A stretch of DNA of 24,050 bases from a virus. Lineage: Duplodnaviria; Caudoviricetes. Both the position numbers and the translations under genes were made by a program. The notes under the pieces are model-generated. The model was not told where the DNA came from. It ran no database searches and was given only the letters and a program-made list of their open reading frames with translations. Positions 1 to 10,436 of the stretch are shown one piece after another. Position 1 is the first letter of the stretch. The number at the start of each line of letters is the position of its first letter. Location: positions 1-24,050 of IMG/VR virus record IMGVR_UViG_3300020161_001927; one strand, given 5' to 3'.

Positions 1-1219
<1,219 letters not shown>

Positions 1220-1225
1220 TAAATA

Positions 1226-1393
1226 TTACACTTGCAATGACTTTAATTTATTCAAGGTTGTTTCTGTTTTAAATATTTCAGTATCTAATTCAGTAACTTT
1301 AACAACATCTCCTAATTTTGTATATTGAATTTTTTGTTCATTTAAAATTATTAAACGATTTTGTGTCATTTCTATAAGTTGTTCTATTGTCAT
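1226..1393 (-). CDS. Small helical/coiled-coil hypothetical protein, 55 aa (below ORF-track cutoff)
   Basis: ATG 1393 to TAA 1226: MTIEQLIEMTQNRLIILNEQKIQYTKLGDVVKVTELDTEIFKTETTLNKLKSLQV. AAGGA SD just upstream; it fills the gap between the two flanking genes. Confidence 0.85.
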   Translation of the reverse strand: MTIEQLIEMTQNRLIILNEQKIQYTKLGDVVKVTELDTEIFKTETTLNKLKSLQV

Positions 1394-1406
1394 TTTAATT
1401 CCTTTT

Positions 1407-4289
1407 TTACCAGAACTTCAAGGTTCTCCACATTTCCTGACCCGAGTGACGCATTATATAGAGATAAGTTAAATCATCAGCAGTTTTTACTAATTCGAAC
1501 TTATTACCAAGTGTTGCGGTATTATGTACATATGGAATAGATCCTGCAATGTCAACTTTGAAGCTTGCAAGATTGAGTGCATAAATACGATTAGTAGCAT
1601 CCTTTGTAAAGTAATAATAATCTCCACCATCATAAGCATACATTGAACCAGTTGTAAGAGTTGTTGCGCTTGGGGATAAATATGGTGTCAATTCCCATGT
1701 CCCAGTGGGAATATCAAAGATATCAAAAATGTTTGACGCTCCACCGCGAGGAGAAATAAGCCATCTACCTTTTTTATTCTGATCGGATAAACCAAATGCC
1801 GATTTAATATTAACTCCTGTTCCTTTTGCTGGTATTTCGTATATACAATAAAAGGTATCAGTTGCATTAGTGCCTAATGCTGGTATTGTTATAACAGTTG
1901 CAGTATTAGAAGTTATAGATTGTTCAACGGTTGTAGTATTATTTGAAGAAGAAGCGGTTCCAGCAATATAACGAATTCTTTTTCCTGCCAAGTAGTTTGT
2001 TGGAAAATTTTTATTTGCATCTGTAACCGTTGTTGTACCAGAACCAGTTGTCACAAATCCATAAGAATCCATAATTTCATATTTTGAAGTTGCATCTGGT
2101 GTAGCAACATTCCAGGATGCTACTGTAAGTGTTGTTGAACTATTACTTGTAATAACTACATCATTACCTTCTCCAGTTCCTGCGACAACACGAACACGGC
2201 AGTTCTGATACTGATTATTTTTCCAATTCTTAGTGCTATCAACAAGAGTAGTTGCAGTTCCAGAAGAAGCCCACCCATTAGGGGAACGCTCTGCCACTTT
2301 ATCTATGACCATTGCACCGAATGGTCTTGCTTCTTGGATAATATATCTCGACCTACCATTAGTCATTGCACTTATGGCACTTGTTAAAGTCAATGTCGTT
2401 GCAGTATTTGCAGTAATTCTTCTGGCTCCTAAGTTTGTTTGCAACACTGTTCCATCTGTTTGAACAAAAACAATTCTACCAACATGCTCATTAGTAGTCC
2501 AATTTTGTGAAGCGTCTACTAAAAGTGAAGTCGTTAAAGAACTTGCGGCTGTTGGGCTTTGTGTAGCAGAAACATTTGCTGCAATGCTAAATGTAGTTAA
2601 AGATGCGATTCCAATTATTTGGAAAGTATCATTAAATGTTGTTTCTGTTGCACAACCAGCAATTGTTACATACTCGTTGTGTCTAAAATCATGATTTGTA
2701 GCAGTAACAACATTACCAACCTTACCTACAGTTAGTGTTATTGTAAGACCAGATCCGCTACCGCCTGTAGTATTTGATGAACCATTTGAATATCCGCTTC
2801 CGGATGCGGCCAATTGAAGACCAGTAACTGCTCCAGTGGAACTAACAGAAGTAACATAAGCTTGACCGTTTGTTCCTGTAGTAGAGCAAGTGACTAAATC
2901 ACCAACAACATAATTCAAACCACCAGCATTAACAGAAATAGACAATATTCCACTTGCTGTATAAGTAATGCTTGTAATAGCATATCCTTCATGTGGAGGT
3001 CCATATGATCCGGTAATTCCAGCGGCTGTAGTTGCTGATATTTGTCTAGCAATACCAGCTCCAACTGATGGTGCAGTTGACCACAAATCATTATCGACAG
3101 AATATTGGAGCAATGCAGCCGAACCATTTCCAGCAGCCCAAAATTTATCAGTATCACCATATATTGAATACTGAGAAGTATTATCTGGAGTTATGTCCCA
3201 TTTATGATCAATATAAAAAGTATCCGCACTATGAGCAGCGATTCTTCTTCTTTGTCCTATTCCCTTACCAGAAATAATTCTCAATTGATAATTTGTATAA
3301 CGATCATAATCATAAGTTGCTCCGCTATGAACCAATGATTTTGCGGTAGCAGATGAAGCAGTCATTCCACTTATGAATACACCTCCAGCTTCACCTGTTC
3401 CATCTATTGCAAAATCTGTTGCTAATGCGGAATAAATATGTGCTGGTCCTGGTGGAGTCTTTCTAGTCCAAGTATCTGATAATACATCATAGAACGTAAA
3501 TCGGGACCATGGTATTGAAGTATCACCAGTTAAAAGCCAAATACCACCAGTCATTATCATGTAAATTGAACTAGAATCTGGAGTTACATCCCAAGATGTA
3601 TTAACAGTCAATTCAGTAGATTCTATAACAAAATTTGTCTGAGATCCTGCTGTTGTAATTGGAGATTCATTAAATTGTGTATTATTAAAGCTATCAATTG
3701 GTTGTTGATTAGTATCAACAAAAGTTAAAGTTGTAGTATCATTATAAAGAATTTTTCTTACTTGTGATTGACCTGTGCTGTAAGTTAAGCGGCAGTTATA
3801 TCCATCCCACTGATTAACTCTCCATTTTTTAGTGGAATCTCCAATCGAAGTTACACCAGCTGTAGTTGCCAAACCATTATCATGAATTACTCCATCAGAA
3901 ACAGCAGTAATAGTTCTTTCCTGTCCTGCTCCAGTTCCAGAAACAATTCTAATTTTATTTCCATTGCACAAATTTCCTAATCTTCCAAGACCTCCAATTG
4001 TAATTGTTGTAGAAGTTGCACTTATTGTATGTCCTCTGTTTCCATAATAAGCAGCATATTTTCCTGCGTATGTCGTGCTTCCGGCTGATAAAGGAGCAGC
4101 GCATTCTTGCCATGAATCGCTGTAGGTATCGTACCGCCACATGGCTTGACCCACGATATAGTACATATATCTTGCCTTTTCATCTGAAGACAAAAGAATT
4201 GAAGTATTACTTGTCGCGGTTGGAGCAGGACGCATCCACTCAAAAACTGGTTGATCAACTTGTTGCTTTAAAAGATTAGTTACAGTCAT
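1407..4289 (-). CDS. 960-aa putative virion structural/receptor-binding protein: Kelch-like beta-propeller with inserted repeat domains
   Basis: Kelch-like blades (WRYDTYSDSW, FYDVLSDTW, QYSVDNDLW, FDIPTGTW); about 6 copies of a ~65-aa module (LVDSTKNW..NQY...RVRVVAGTGEG....ITSN....LTV..W...PDATSKYEI); GSGY-type beta repeat; Thr/Ser/Gly rich; AAGGA SD. Confidence 0.75.
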   Translation of the reverse strand: MTVTNLLKQQVDQPVFEWMRPAPTATSNTSILLSSDEKARYMYYIVGQAMWRYDTYSDSWQECAAPLSAGSTTYAGKYAAYYGNRGHTISATSTTITIGGLGRLGNLCNGNKIRIVSGTGAGQERTITAVSDGVIHDNGLATTAGVTSIGDSTKKWRVNQWDGYNCRLTYSTGQSQVRKILYNDTTTLTFVDTNQQPIDSFNNTQFNESPITTAGSQTNFVIESTELTVNTSWDVTPDSSSIYMIMTGGIWLLTGDTSIPWSRFTFYDVLSDTWTRKTPPGPAHIYSALATDFAIDGTGEAGGVFISGMTASSATAKSLVHSGATYDYDRYTNYQLRIISGKGIGQRRRIAAHSADTFYIDHKWDITPDNTSQYSIYGDTDKFWAAGNGSAALLQYSVDNDLWSTAPSVGAGIARQISATTAAGITGSYGPPHEGYAITSITYTASGILSISVNAGGLNYVVGDLVTCSTTGTNGQAYVTSVSSTGAVTGLQLAASGSGYSNGSSNTTGGSGSGLTITLTVGKVGNVVTATNHDFRHNEYVTIAGCATETTFNDTFQIIGIASLTTFSIAANVSATQSPTAASSLTTSLLVDASQNWTTNEHVGRIVFVQTDGTVLQTNLGARRITANTATTLTLTSAISAMTNGRSRYIIQEARPFGAMVIDKVAERSPNGWASSGTATTLVDSTKNWKNNQYQNCRVRVVAGTGEGNDVVITSNSSTTLTVASWNVATPDATSKYEIMDSYGFVTTGSGTTTVTDANKNFPTNYLAGKRIRYIAGTASSSNNTTTVEQSITSNTATVITIPALGTNATDTFYCIYEIPAKGTGVNIKSAFGLSDQNKKGRWLISPRGGASNIFDIFDIPTGTWELTPYLSPSATTLTTGSMYAYDGGDYYYFTKDATNRIYALNLASFKVDIAGSIPYVHNTATLGNKFELVKTADDLTYLYIMRHSGQEMWRTLKFW

Positions 4290-4298
4290 AATATTTCC

Positions 4299-4940
4299 TT
4301 AACTGAATGTTAATTTTGAACGAATTGCGTTTGAATAAAGAGAACGAGAATCGTCTATAATTCTCCAAATTTGATGAACAGGTCCTTCCATTATAATACC
4401 AGCAGCAGATGTTGCTGCACTCAAAGAATAAGGATTGCTAGAAGAAGATGGTAAAATCTGATTAGTTATTGAATTATTTACAGTATATGTACCCGATGCT
4501 GATGCAGTAACAGTACCAGAAACTGGTATAGTTCCTGTCAAATCTGTTGTTGCGGTTGCACTAGTACGAAGTGCATCTATAGTTATTCTTTGCCGCTGCT
4601 GTAAATCTACTACTGAATTAGATTCTAATATCTTGTTCATACGACGAATTAATGTATGTAAAGATTCTTCATAAGACTCAACATCTACATAAATTTGCAA
4701 TATATCTGAAGAATTCATTGATGAAGTATTATAATCAAGAGTCAAAATATTATTATTGAAACTTATTGCTCCAGTAGTCGGATCTGCAAAATTATAAATT
4801 ATAGTATTTGCAGTTGTATTAGTAATTAATAAAATATTTGCAAGAGTCAAAGCCTGCTGCAAATTAGAAAAAGTAACTGTTTTTGCACCAGGATTGAATG
4901 TGTAAGAACCAACTGTATCTGTACCTAAAAGTTTTTTCAT
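4299..4940 (-). CDS. Phage hypothetical protein, probable virion structural protein
   Basis: 213-aa ORF with GAGG SD; N-terminal YTFNPGAKTVTF...ILLITNTTANTIIYNFADP motif of the kind seen in T4-like phage fibre-associated proteins; lies in the fibre module. Confidence 0.7.
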   Translation of the reverse strand: MKKLLGTDTVGSYTFNPGAKTVTFSNLQQALTLANILLITNTTANTIIYNFADPTTGAISFNNNILTLDYNTSSMNSSDILQIYVDVESYEESLHTLIRRMNKILESNSVVDLQQRQRITIDALRTSATATTDLTGTIPVSGTVTASASGTYTVNNSITNQILPSSSSNPYSLSAATSAAGIIMEGPVHQIWRIIDDSRSLYSNAIRSKLTFS

Positions 4941-4953
4941 ATCTATCTACCTC

Positions 4954-4961
4954 TATTTATG
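4954..4961 (-). promoter_or_regulatory. Putative T4-like late promoter variant CATAAATA
   Basis: Plus strand tatttatg in the short intergenic gap, directly upstream of the GAGG SD and ATG 4940; one mismatch to TATAAATA. Confidence 0.6.
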
Positions 4962-4963
4962 TC

Positions 4964-6286
4964 TCATAATGCAACCGACATTGCTATAATAAATGGTTTT
5001 AAATCAACTGTTCCAGTAAATCCATTTACTGAAATCACATAATCACCCACTGGTCCAGTAGCACCAGTATTTCCTTGAATTCCTTGGATACCCTGTGAAC
5101 CAGTAGCACCAGTTACACCCTGAATACCCTGTGATCCTGTTGCACCAGTAGCACCTGTTGATCCAACACTACCATTTGTACCAGTAGCACCAGTTGCGCC
5201 TATAGGTCCTCTTACATTCCACGGTCCATATACAAGAACATTTTGTGCTTCATAATCATACACTTCAACTTCTAATTCATATCCTTGATTTACTGAAACA
5301 TTTATTATACTAGAACCAGTAATTCCTAGTGATCCTGTTGAACCAGTTGATCCTGTTGCTCCTGTTACACCTTGAGAACCAGTAGCACCAGTAGGTCCAG
5401 TCGCCCCAGTGGCTCCTGTGGCACCTGTTGAACCAGTTGCTCCTGTTGAACCAGTTGCACCCGGACAACATGGCCCTGTAGGTCCAGTGGGCCCTGTTGC
5501 ACCTATACCACTCTGTAAAAGTTCTGATTTAAAATCAGTAAAAGAAATATATTTATCTGTTGCGGTAGTGGAAACTCCATCTATGCTACTCCCTAACTTT
5601 ATAGAGTTTCCAGACATAGAAGATGTAGAAGCACCCAAAAGAGTGTAGGAAAGGTTTTCAAATTGGAATCTTTCCATAGCAAATGGAGATTTACCTTCTT
5701 GATATAAAATCCAATCTTGCTTGTCTGGAACACGTTGAATTGGAATAGATTGCCCACCTCGTGTGTAATTTATAGAAAAGGTAAATCCATTTAGTGTCAG
5801 TCCAAGACCAGGATTAAATGTTATTCCGCCACTAAATCCATTAACACTTATTACATAAAAATCAGGTGTTGCTCCTGTGGCCCCAGTTGCCCCAGTAGGA
5901 CCAGTAGCACCAGTAGGACCGGTTGATCCTGTTGCTCCGGTTGCACCAGTCGATCCAGTTGCTCCAGTAGAACCAGTTACACCTTGAATACCTTGAATAC
6001 CTTGTGGACCACTCTGTGAAGGGCCTAGAGGGTTAGCATACAAAACTTTTGTAGTTTCGGTGCTTGTAATGATATTTGCAGTAGTTACAGTAGAAACAGA
6101 TATCTGGGAAGGATTGCTGTTATTCACAACAATCGTATTCACAGTATCTGCTTTAGATGTTAAATTAGTTTGACCTTGAAATGTAGATGGAAGTAAACTT
6201 GAGGCGTTTGTACCCGCAGTAGATACTTGATTCTGTTCCTTAAATGTGGTAACAACAAGTATTACCTGATTTGGATCAGCGGGCAT
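4964..6286 (-). CDS. Collagen-like fibre protein, 440 aa, three Gly-X-Thr-rich triple-helix segments
   Basis: Three Gly-X-Y runs separated by globular linkers; two YVISVNGF[ST]G fibre motifs; C-terminal FIIAMSVAL end of the type common in phage fibre proteins. Confidence 0.9.
   Translation of the reverse strand: MPADPNQVILVVTTFKEQNQVSTAGTNASSLLPSTFQGQTNLTSKADTVNTIVVNNSNPSQISVSTVTTANIITSTETTKVLYANPLGPSQSGPQGIQGIQGVTGSTGATGSTGATGATGSTGPTGATGPTGATGATGATPDFYVISVNGFSGGITFNPGLGLTLNGFTFSINYTRGGQSIPIQRVPDKQDWILYQEGKSPFAMERFQFENLSYTLLGASTSSMSGNSIKLGSSIDGVSTTATDKYISFTDFKSELLQSGIGATGPTGPTGPCCPGATGSTGATGSTGATGATGATGPTGATGSQGVTGATGSTGSTGSLGITGSSIINVSVNQGYELEVEVYDYEAQNVLVYGPWNVRGPIGATGATGTNGSVGSTGATGATGSQGIQGVTGATGSQGIQGIQGNTGATGPVGDYVISVNGFTGTVDLKPFIIAMSVAL
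5039..5209 (-). repeat. Collagen-like segment C, (Gly-X-Y)19
   Basis: [57 protein letters not shown]. Confidence 0.93.
5309..5503 (-). repeat. Collagen-like segment B, interrupted by GPCCP
   Basis: [23 protein letters not shown]...GSLGITGSS. Confidence 0.93.
5867..6010 (-). repeat. Collagen-like segment A, (Gly-X-Y)16
   Basis: [48 protein letters not shown]. Confidence 0.93.
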
Positions 6287-6288
6287 TG

Positions 6289-6717
6289 TTATCTCGTTAT
6301 TTCTCTAGAAACCTCAAATGATCCTTCCACTAGTCTATAAACTTCACCAAGTGTGTTTATGATTTCAAAATCATAAAAGTGCTTTCCCGATGGAACATTC
6401 TTCATGGTAGTGTTATCTACCTTTAGGAATATTCCTCCAGTATATCCAGTCGCGCCAGTAGTCGATGTGTTGAAACTAATACCTCCAACACCGGCTACAC
6501 CCCCAGTTGCTCCGAAGTATCCGGTAGTGCCACCTCCGGTTACTCCATAATCGCTGAGGAACAATAACATGTTTGAGTCCTTGTCGGACTTTCGGACTTG
6601 CATGTTTCCATGAAATCCAGATAGATTAATACCAGTACCACCGGCATACTTGTAGTCTAGATGTAACTTAAATGTGCTACCCTGTTCCGCGTATATGTCG
6701 TATCTTGATGCTGGCAT
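6289..6717 (-). CDS. Small beta-sandwich virion protein (putative fibre adaptor/attachment protein)
   Basis: [11 protein letters not shown]...INLSGF...MQVRKS...G...YDFEI......RLVEG...V...ITR pattern, typical of small phage proteins that precede fibre genes; GGAG SD and late promoter upstream. Confidence 0.75.
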   Translation of the reverse strand: MPASRYDIYAEQGSTFKLHLDYKYAGGTGINLSGFHGNMQVRKSDKDSNMLLFLSDYGVTGGGTTGYFGATGGVAGVGGISFNTSTTGATGYTGGIFLKVDNTTMKNVPSGKHFYDFEIINTLGEVYRLVEGSFEVSREITR

Positions 6718-6732
6718 ATTAGTCTCCTAGAC

Positions 6733-7914
6733 TTATTTATATCTATTTTTAACTTTAATACCTTCAGGTGCAGTTTCTGGAGAGAGAACACCCTTCTTCA
6801 AGAGATCTTCCAACACATTTACATAAGATTCATAATTCTTTTGAATTCTATCTAAATGTTCCTTTGGAACCTTTCCACTCTGCAATAGTTTTCTGGTTAC
6901 TTCATATCCCACCAAGGGGTAACCAGCAAAGAAGGCAGTACTACTAACTTCGTCTGCTACCCCCCAATCATATATTGCATTTGGAACGAATAGAATATCA
7001 TCTTTGGGGAAAGGAATATCTAGAGCAGCTCTTGCAAACATATAAGCAAGAACTGGCATATTATACTTCATTCTATAGATTTGTGCTATATGATAAAGAG
7101 GTTCTGCTCTAGTTGGTCTATAATTGTACGCATCTAAAAATGCCTGCTGTATTTCTGACCAGGGTTTTTCTTGCATCGCTTTGCACTGTGCTACTCTAAG
7201 CAAGGAATAATAAACCTCTTCTGGCCACCCACCTGCTTGTGCGCGACGAGCATATGCTTCTTCTGATTTTGCCCACTGCTGAGAATCAAAATATGACTGT
7301 CCAAGATAGAACATATAACGAGAATTATTTGGTTCATCAATTAATGCTTTTTCTAAAAGTTCTGCGTCTCTAGAGTACTTTTCGATAACAGTGATGTCTT
7401 TATTTCTAGCACCTAGTGTTCTAGCAACTACTCTATAATTACCTTCTAGTTTAGCAATTTGTGGTGTTTCTTTCTTTCTTGGTTTTGCATATTCGTGCAA
7501 CACACCAACATATTCCCAGTCTAGATCTAGACGGAAAATTTGAGTTCTCCACCAAGAAAACTCCTCTCTTCCCATTCGAAGAGTGTATGCATCATGATCT
7601 GTTATTTTATCAAATGGAAGAGAACCATGAAGATAATCATCTGCGTCAATAACAAAAGCATATTCCGCCTTACCTTTAGCAGTGTCAAATGCAAGAGTTC
7701 TGTTGTGTCCGAATCCCTTCCACTCGTGTTCGTGTAGTTCTCCGGGAATGTTTTTCTCTTCGAAGAACTTTTTGATAATTTCTTGTGTTCCATCGGTTGA
7801 TCCGGTGTCACAAATAACCCAGTAGTCTATGTACTTATAGACTGAATTCAAGCATTCGTGAATAATATGAGATTCATTCTTAACAATCATGCACAGTGTA
7901 ATTTTTGGTAACAT
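6733..7914 (-). CDS. GT2-family glycosyltransferase with C-terminal TPR repeats (SunS/flagellin/spore-protein glycosyltransferase-like)
   Basis: LCMIVKNE..I..CL.SV, DTGSTDGT, W.GFGHNR, DADD (DxD), Y.GVLHE; TPR helices (PNNSRYMFYLGQSY, PTRAEPLYHIAQIY). Confidence 0.92.
   Translation of the reverse strand: MLPKITLCMIVKNESHIIHECLNSVYKYIDYWVICDTGSTDGTQEIIKKFFEEKNIPGELHEHEWKGFGHNRTLAFDTAKGKAEYAFVIDADDYLHGSLPFDKITDHDAYTLRMGREEFSWWRTQIFRLDLDWEYVGVLHEYAKPRKKETPQIAKLEGNYRVVARTLGARNKDITVIEKYSRDAELLEKALIDEPNNSRYMFYLGQSYFDSQQWAKSEEAYARRAQAGGWPEEVYYSLLRVAQCKAMQEKPWSEIQQAFLDAYNYRPTRAEPLYHIAQIYRMKYNMPVLAYMFARAALDIPFPKDDILFVPNAIYDWGVADEVSSTAFFAGYPLVGYEVTRKLLQSGKVPKEHLDRIQKNYESYVNVLEDLLKKGVLSPETAPEGIKVKNRYK
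6734..6741 (-). promoter_or_regulatory. T4-like late promoter TATAAATA
   Basis: Perfect consensus (plus strand tatttata) overlapping the GT2-TPR stop codon, just upstream of the GGAG SD (6724-6727) and ATG 6717. Confidence 0.8.
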
Positions 7915-7929
7915 TATAAAGATCCTTTG

Positions 7930-8712
7930 TTATATGTATGTTTTGTTTCGTTTGACTCCAAAGTACGATTGAACAATACCTTTATCTAAACCATTGTATG
8001 TGACCGGCACATTAGTGTATTCGCCACAATAAAAATCAAGACCAGGTTGTTGAACTTCTATATCTACTTTATGATTCAATAAATTGTTAATTTTGTTTGC
8101 AATGTTGCTTAATGTATATTTTTGTTCATATGAACAGTTTATAGTTTTTGGTGGGGTTTCAGTTTTAATATAATAATTGACTAAACTAACTAAATCTTTC
8201 ATATAGAAAAAATCCATTACTTTATTCTTATGAATTACTATTGGTTCTTTCTTAATATATCTAATTATATTTGATTTGATGAATCTTGTATTCAATTCGT
8301 CTTCATCAAACACAGCAAATATTCTCAAGTTATAAAATTGATCTAGTTCTTGTATTTGTTTTGCAATTTCCCTTTTGCTGTTTGCGTATGGAGTATCACC
8401 GTGAAACAATTCGGCACCAGAACCAAAAGAAATCAATTTTGAAAACCGATGTTTATTTTGCACAAGATTGCTGAACATCTTCATGTTCTTATCAAATGCG
8501 GTTTGATCGTCTTCTTGTAGTCTGCTACCACCACTTATCGCGGTATGAATAACAACATCATATTGATTGGTGTCAAACCACGAACAAACTTGTTTATTGT
8601 CGCTCAAATCAAAATCATTTCGGGTGATTGAAGTAACTTGGTATTGACACGAAAAAGCAGAATAAAGACTTTTGGCAATGTAACCATTACCACCAGTTAT
8701 CAGGATTTTCAC
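7930..8712 (-). CDS. NAD-dependent epimerase/dehydratase (extended SDR), YerF-like reductase by position
   Basis: KILITGGNGYIA Rossmann motif, YANSK catalytic YxxxK, DFFYMKD. Start placed at GTG 8712 (GTGA overlap with upstream stop); the ORF track uses ATG 8721. Confidence 0.85.
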   Translation of the reverse strand: MKILITGGNGYIAKSLYSAFSCQYQVTSITRNDFDLSDNKQVCSWFDTNQYDVVIHTAISGGSRLQEDDQTAFDKNMKMFSNLVQNKHRFSKLISFGSGAELFHGDTPYANSKREIAKQIQELDQFYNLRIFAVFDEDELNTRFIKSNIIRYIKKEPIVIHKNKVMDFFYMKDLVSLVNYYIKTETPPKTINCSYEQKYTLSNIANKINNLLNHKVDIEVQQPGLDFYCGEYTNVPVTYNGLDKGIVQSYFGVKRNKTYI

Positions 8713-10436
8713 TTCATCCATTGTATGTTTTTCAACTCGCCAGGAATGAATTTGCCATCTTCCCCAAGTTTGGCAACAACTTTTGGCTCATGACATTCAT
8801 ATGGATCGGTGAATACTTCGCATATTGCAGGACCAGTCTGCTTCAAAAACTCATTCAGTGTAGGCTGAATCTCATTATTTGTTTTGATGCTGCAATAAGG
8901 AATATCATATGCCTTTATTATCTTTTCGAAGTCTGGGAAAGATACACCGCTAGATTTTTCCGATGCAACAAACTTACCATTAAAGAAAGTATTTTGTGAT
9001 ATCTTGATCGATAGATAACCATCATTATTCAAAAGAATTAATTTGATCGGAAGATTATAATGCTTCATAGTTTGCAGTTCTTGAATGTTCAAATGCAAAC
9101 TACCATCTCCTTCCAAACAAATTATATTATGATGAATGGCTGCACCAATAGCAGCAGGCAGTCCATATCCCATTGGAGCGCAACCAGTATTCGTAAACAG
9201 TCTTTGATTACCATGCAAATCTAATACTTGCATTGTCACAACATTCGCAGAACCATCACTGGTTACAATGTGGTGTTCCGGTGGTATAACCTTTGACAAT
9301 TCTTCGATGAATGCATAGTGACTTACATATGTTTTGTTGTCTCTATGTCTCTGAAGAACCTTTGGTGCTTTGTTTATTTCGTCACACCTATTCAACCATT
9401 CAATATCAGAAACTGGCAATTCATTATTAAGAAGTTCATCAATGAATAATTTAGCATCCGCACAAACAGCAATGTTGGGATGAAGAGTTGGTTTATTCAG
9501 TTCGGCTTGATCAATGTCAACATAGGCTCTAAATGCTTGTTTGGCAAAACTTTCAAAGTTATAACCAGTTTGGCGAACATACAATCTAGTTCCTATTGCT
9601 AAAAGAAAATCACATTCACTTAGAAGATTATTGGCACAGATTTGTGCGTGAGTTCCAAATCTTCCATAATAATATCGATAATCTGAATTAACTATATCGT
9701 TTCCATTTATTGCAGTTATTGTTGGAGTATTGGTACGATTTAATAGTTCTCGAATTTCATCTACCGCACCACTCAAACGAACACCATTACCAACAATTAA
9801 AAGTGGTTTCTTTGCTAATTTCCACTTTGTAAGGATGTCATCTACTTTAGACAATTCTGGTTTGTGTTGTGGTTGTTCTTCAGTAAAACCAACTAGAGAT
9901 TCTGGGTTTATTTGTGCAGACTGAACATTCAATGGGACATCAATCCACACAGGACCTGGTCTTCCTGTTGTGGCGAGTTTACATGCTTTCTCTAAGTGGT
10001 ATCTGATTTCTGATGGATCATTTACTTGAACAGCATACTTTGTCATGTTCTTGACAGATTCAATGATGTTAAATTCTTGATCCCCAAATTGTCTTAGTGG
10101 TAATCCCGTATAATTGGTAGTCATTTCCTTATTAACTTGACCACTAATAACGATCACCGGAATTGAATCAAGCCAACTGCACAGAGTTCCAGTAATTGCA
10201 TTTGTACCACCGGGACCACTTGTTACGACACACGCACCCAATTTACCATTCATGCGTGCATAACCCTCAGCCGCAATTGATGCTGCTTGTTCGTGGTGGG
10301 TTGCAACATATTGAACACCGGGAGTCGAACCAAGCGAATCAATTAAGAATATACAACCACCACCAGACACGGTAAATATTGTATCGATACCATATGAATC
10401 CCGAAGAAATTGAATTATGTAATCAGATAGTCTCAT
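8709..10436 (-). CDS. Thiamine-diphosphate-dependent enzyme, acetolactate-synthase-like (YerE-type sugar C-C ligase by context)
   Basis: HHEQAASIAAEGYAR, TSGPGGTN, GRPGPVWIDVP, MGYGLPAAIGA and the ThDP motif GDGSLHLNIQEL...LNNDGY; embedded in NDP-sugar genes with no ilvN/ilvC. Confidence 0.92.
   Translation of the reverse strand: MRLSDYIIQFLRDSYGIDTIFTVSGGGCIFLIDSLGSTPGVQYVATHHEQAASIAAEGYARMNGKLGACVVTSGPGGTNAITGTLCSWLDSIPVIVISGQVNKEMTTNYTGLPLRQFGDQEFNIIESVKNMTKYAVQVNDPSEIRYHLEKACKLATTGRPGPVWIDVPLNVQSAQINPESLVGFTEEQPQHKPELSKVDDILTKWKLAKKPLLIVGNGVRLSGAVDEIRELLNRTNTPTITAINGNDIVNSDYRYYYGRFGTHAQICANNLLSECDFLLAIGTRLYVRQTGYNFESFAKQAFRAYVDIDQAELNKPTLHPNIAVCADAKLFIDELLNNELPVSDIEWLNRCDEINKAPKVLQRHRDNKTYVSHYAFIEELSKVIPPEHHIVTSDGSANVVTMQVLDLHGNQRLFTNTGCAPMGYGLPAAIGAAIHHNIICLEGDGSLHLNIQELQTMKHYNLPIKLILLNNDGYLSIKISQNTFFNGKFVASEKSSGVSFPDFEKIIKAYDIPYCSIKTNNEIQPTLNEFLKQTGPAICEVFTDPYECHEPKVVAKLGEDGKFIPGELKNIQWMK

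Noticed and set aside
6721-6733. Mini inverted repeat AGTCT-AGG-AGACT over the SD of the 142-aa gene
   Set aside because: Only 5 bp with a 3-nt loop; too weak to call.
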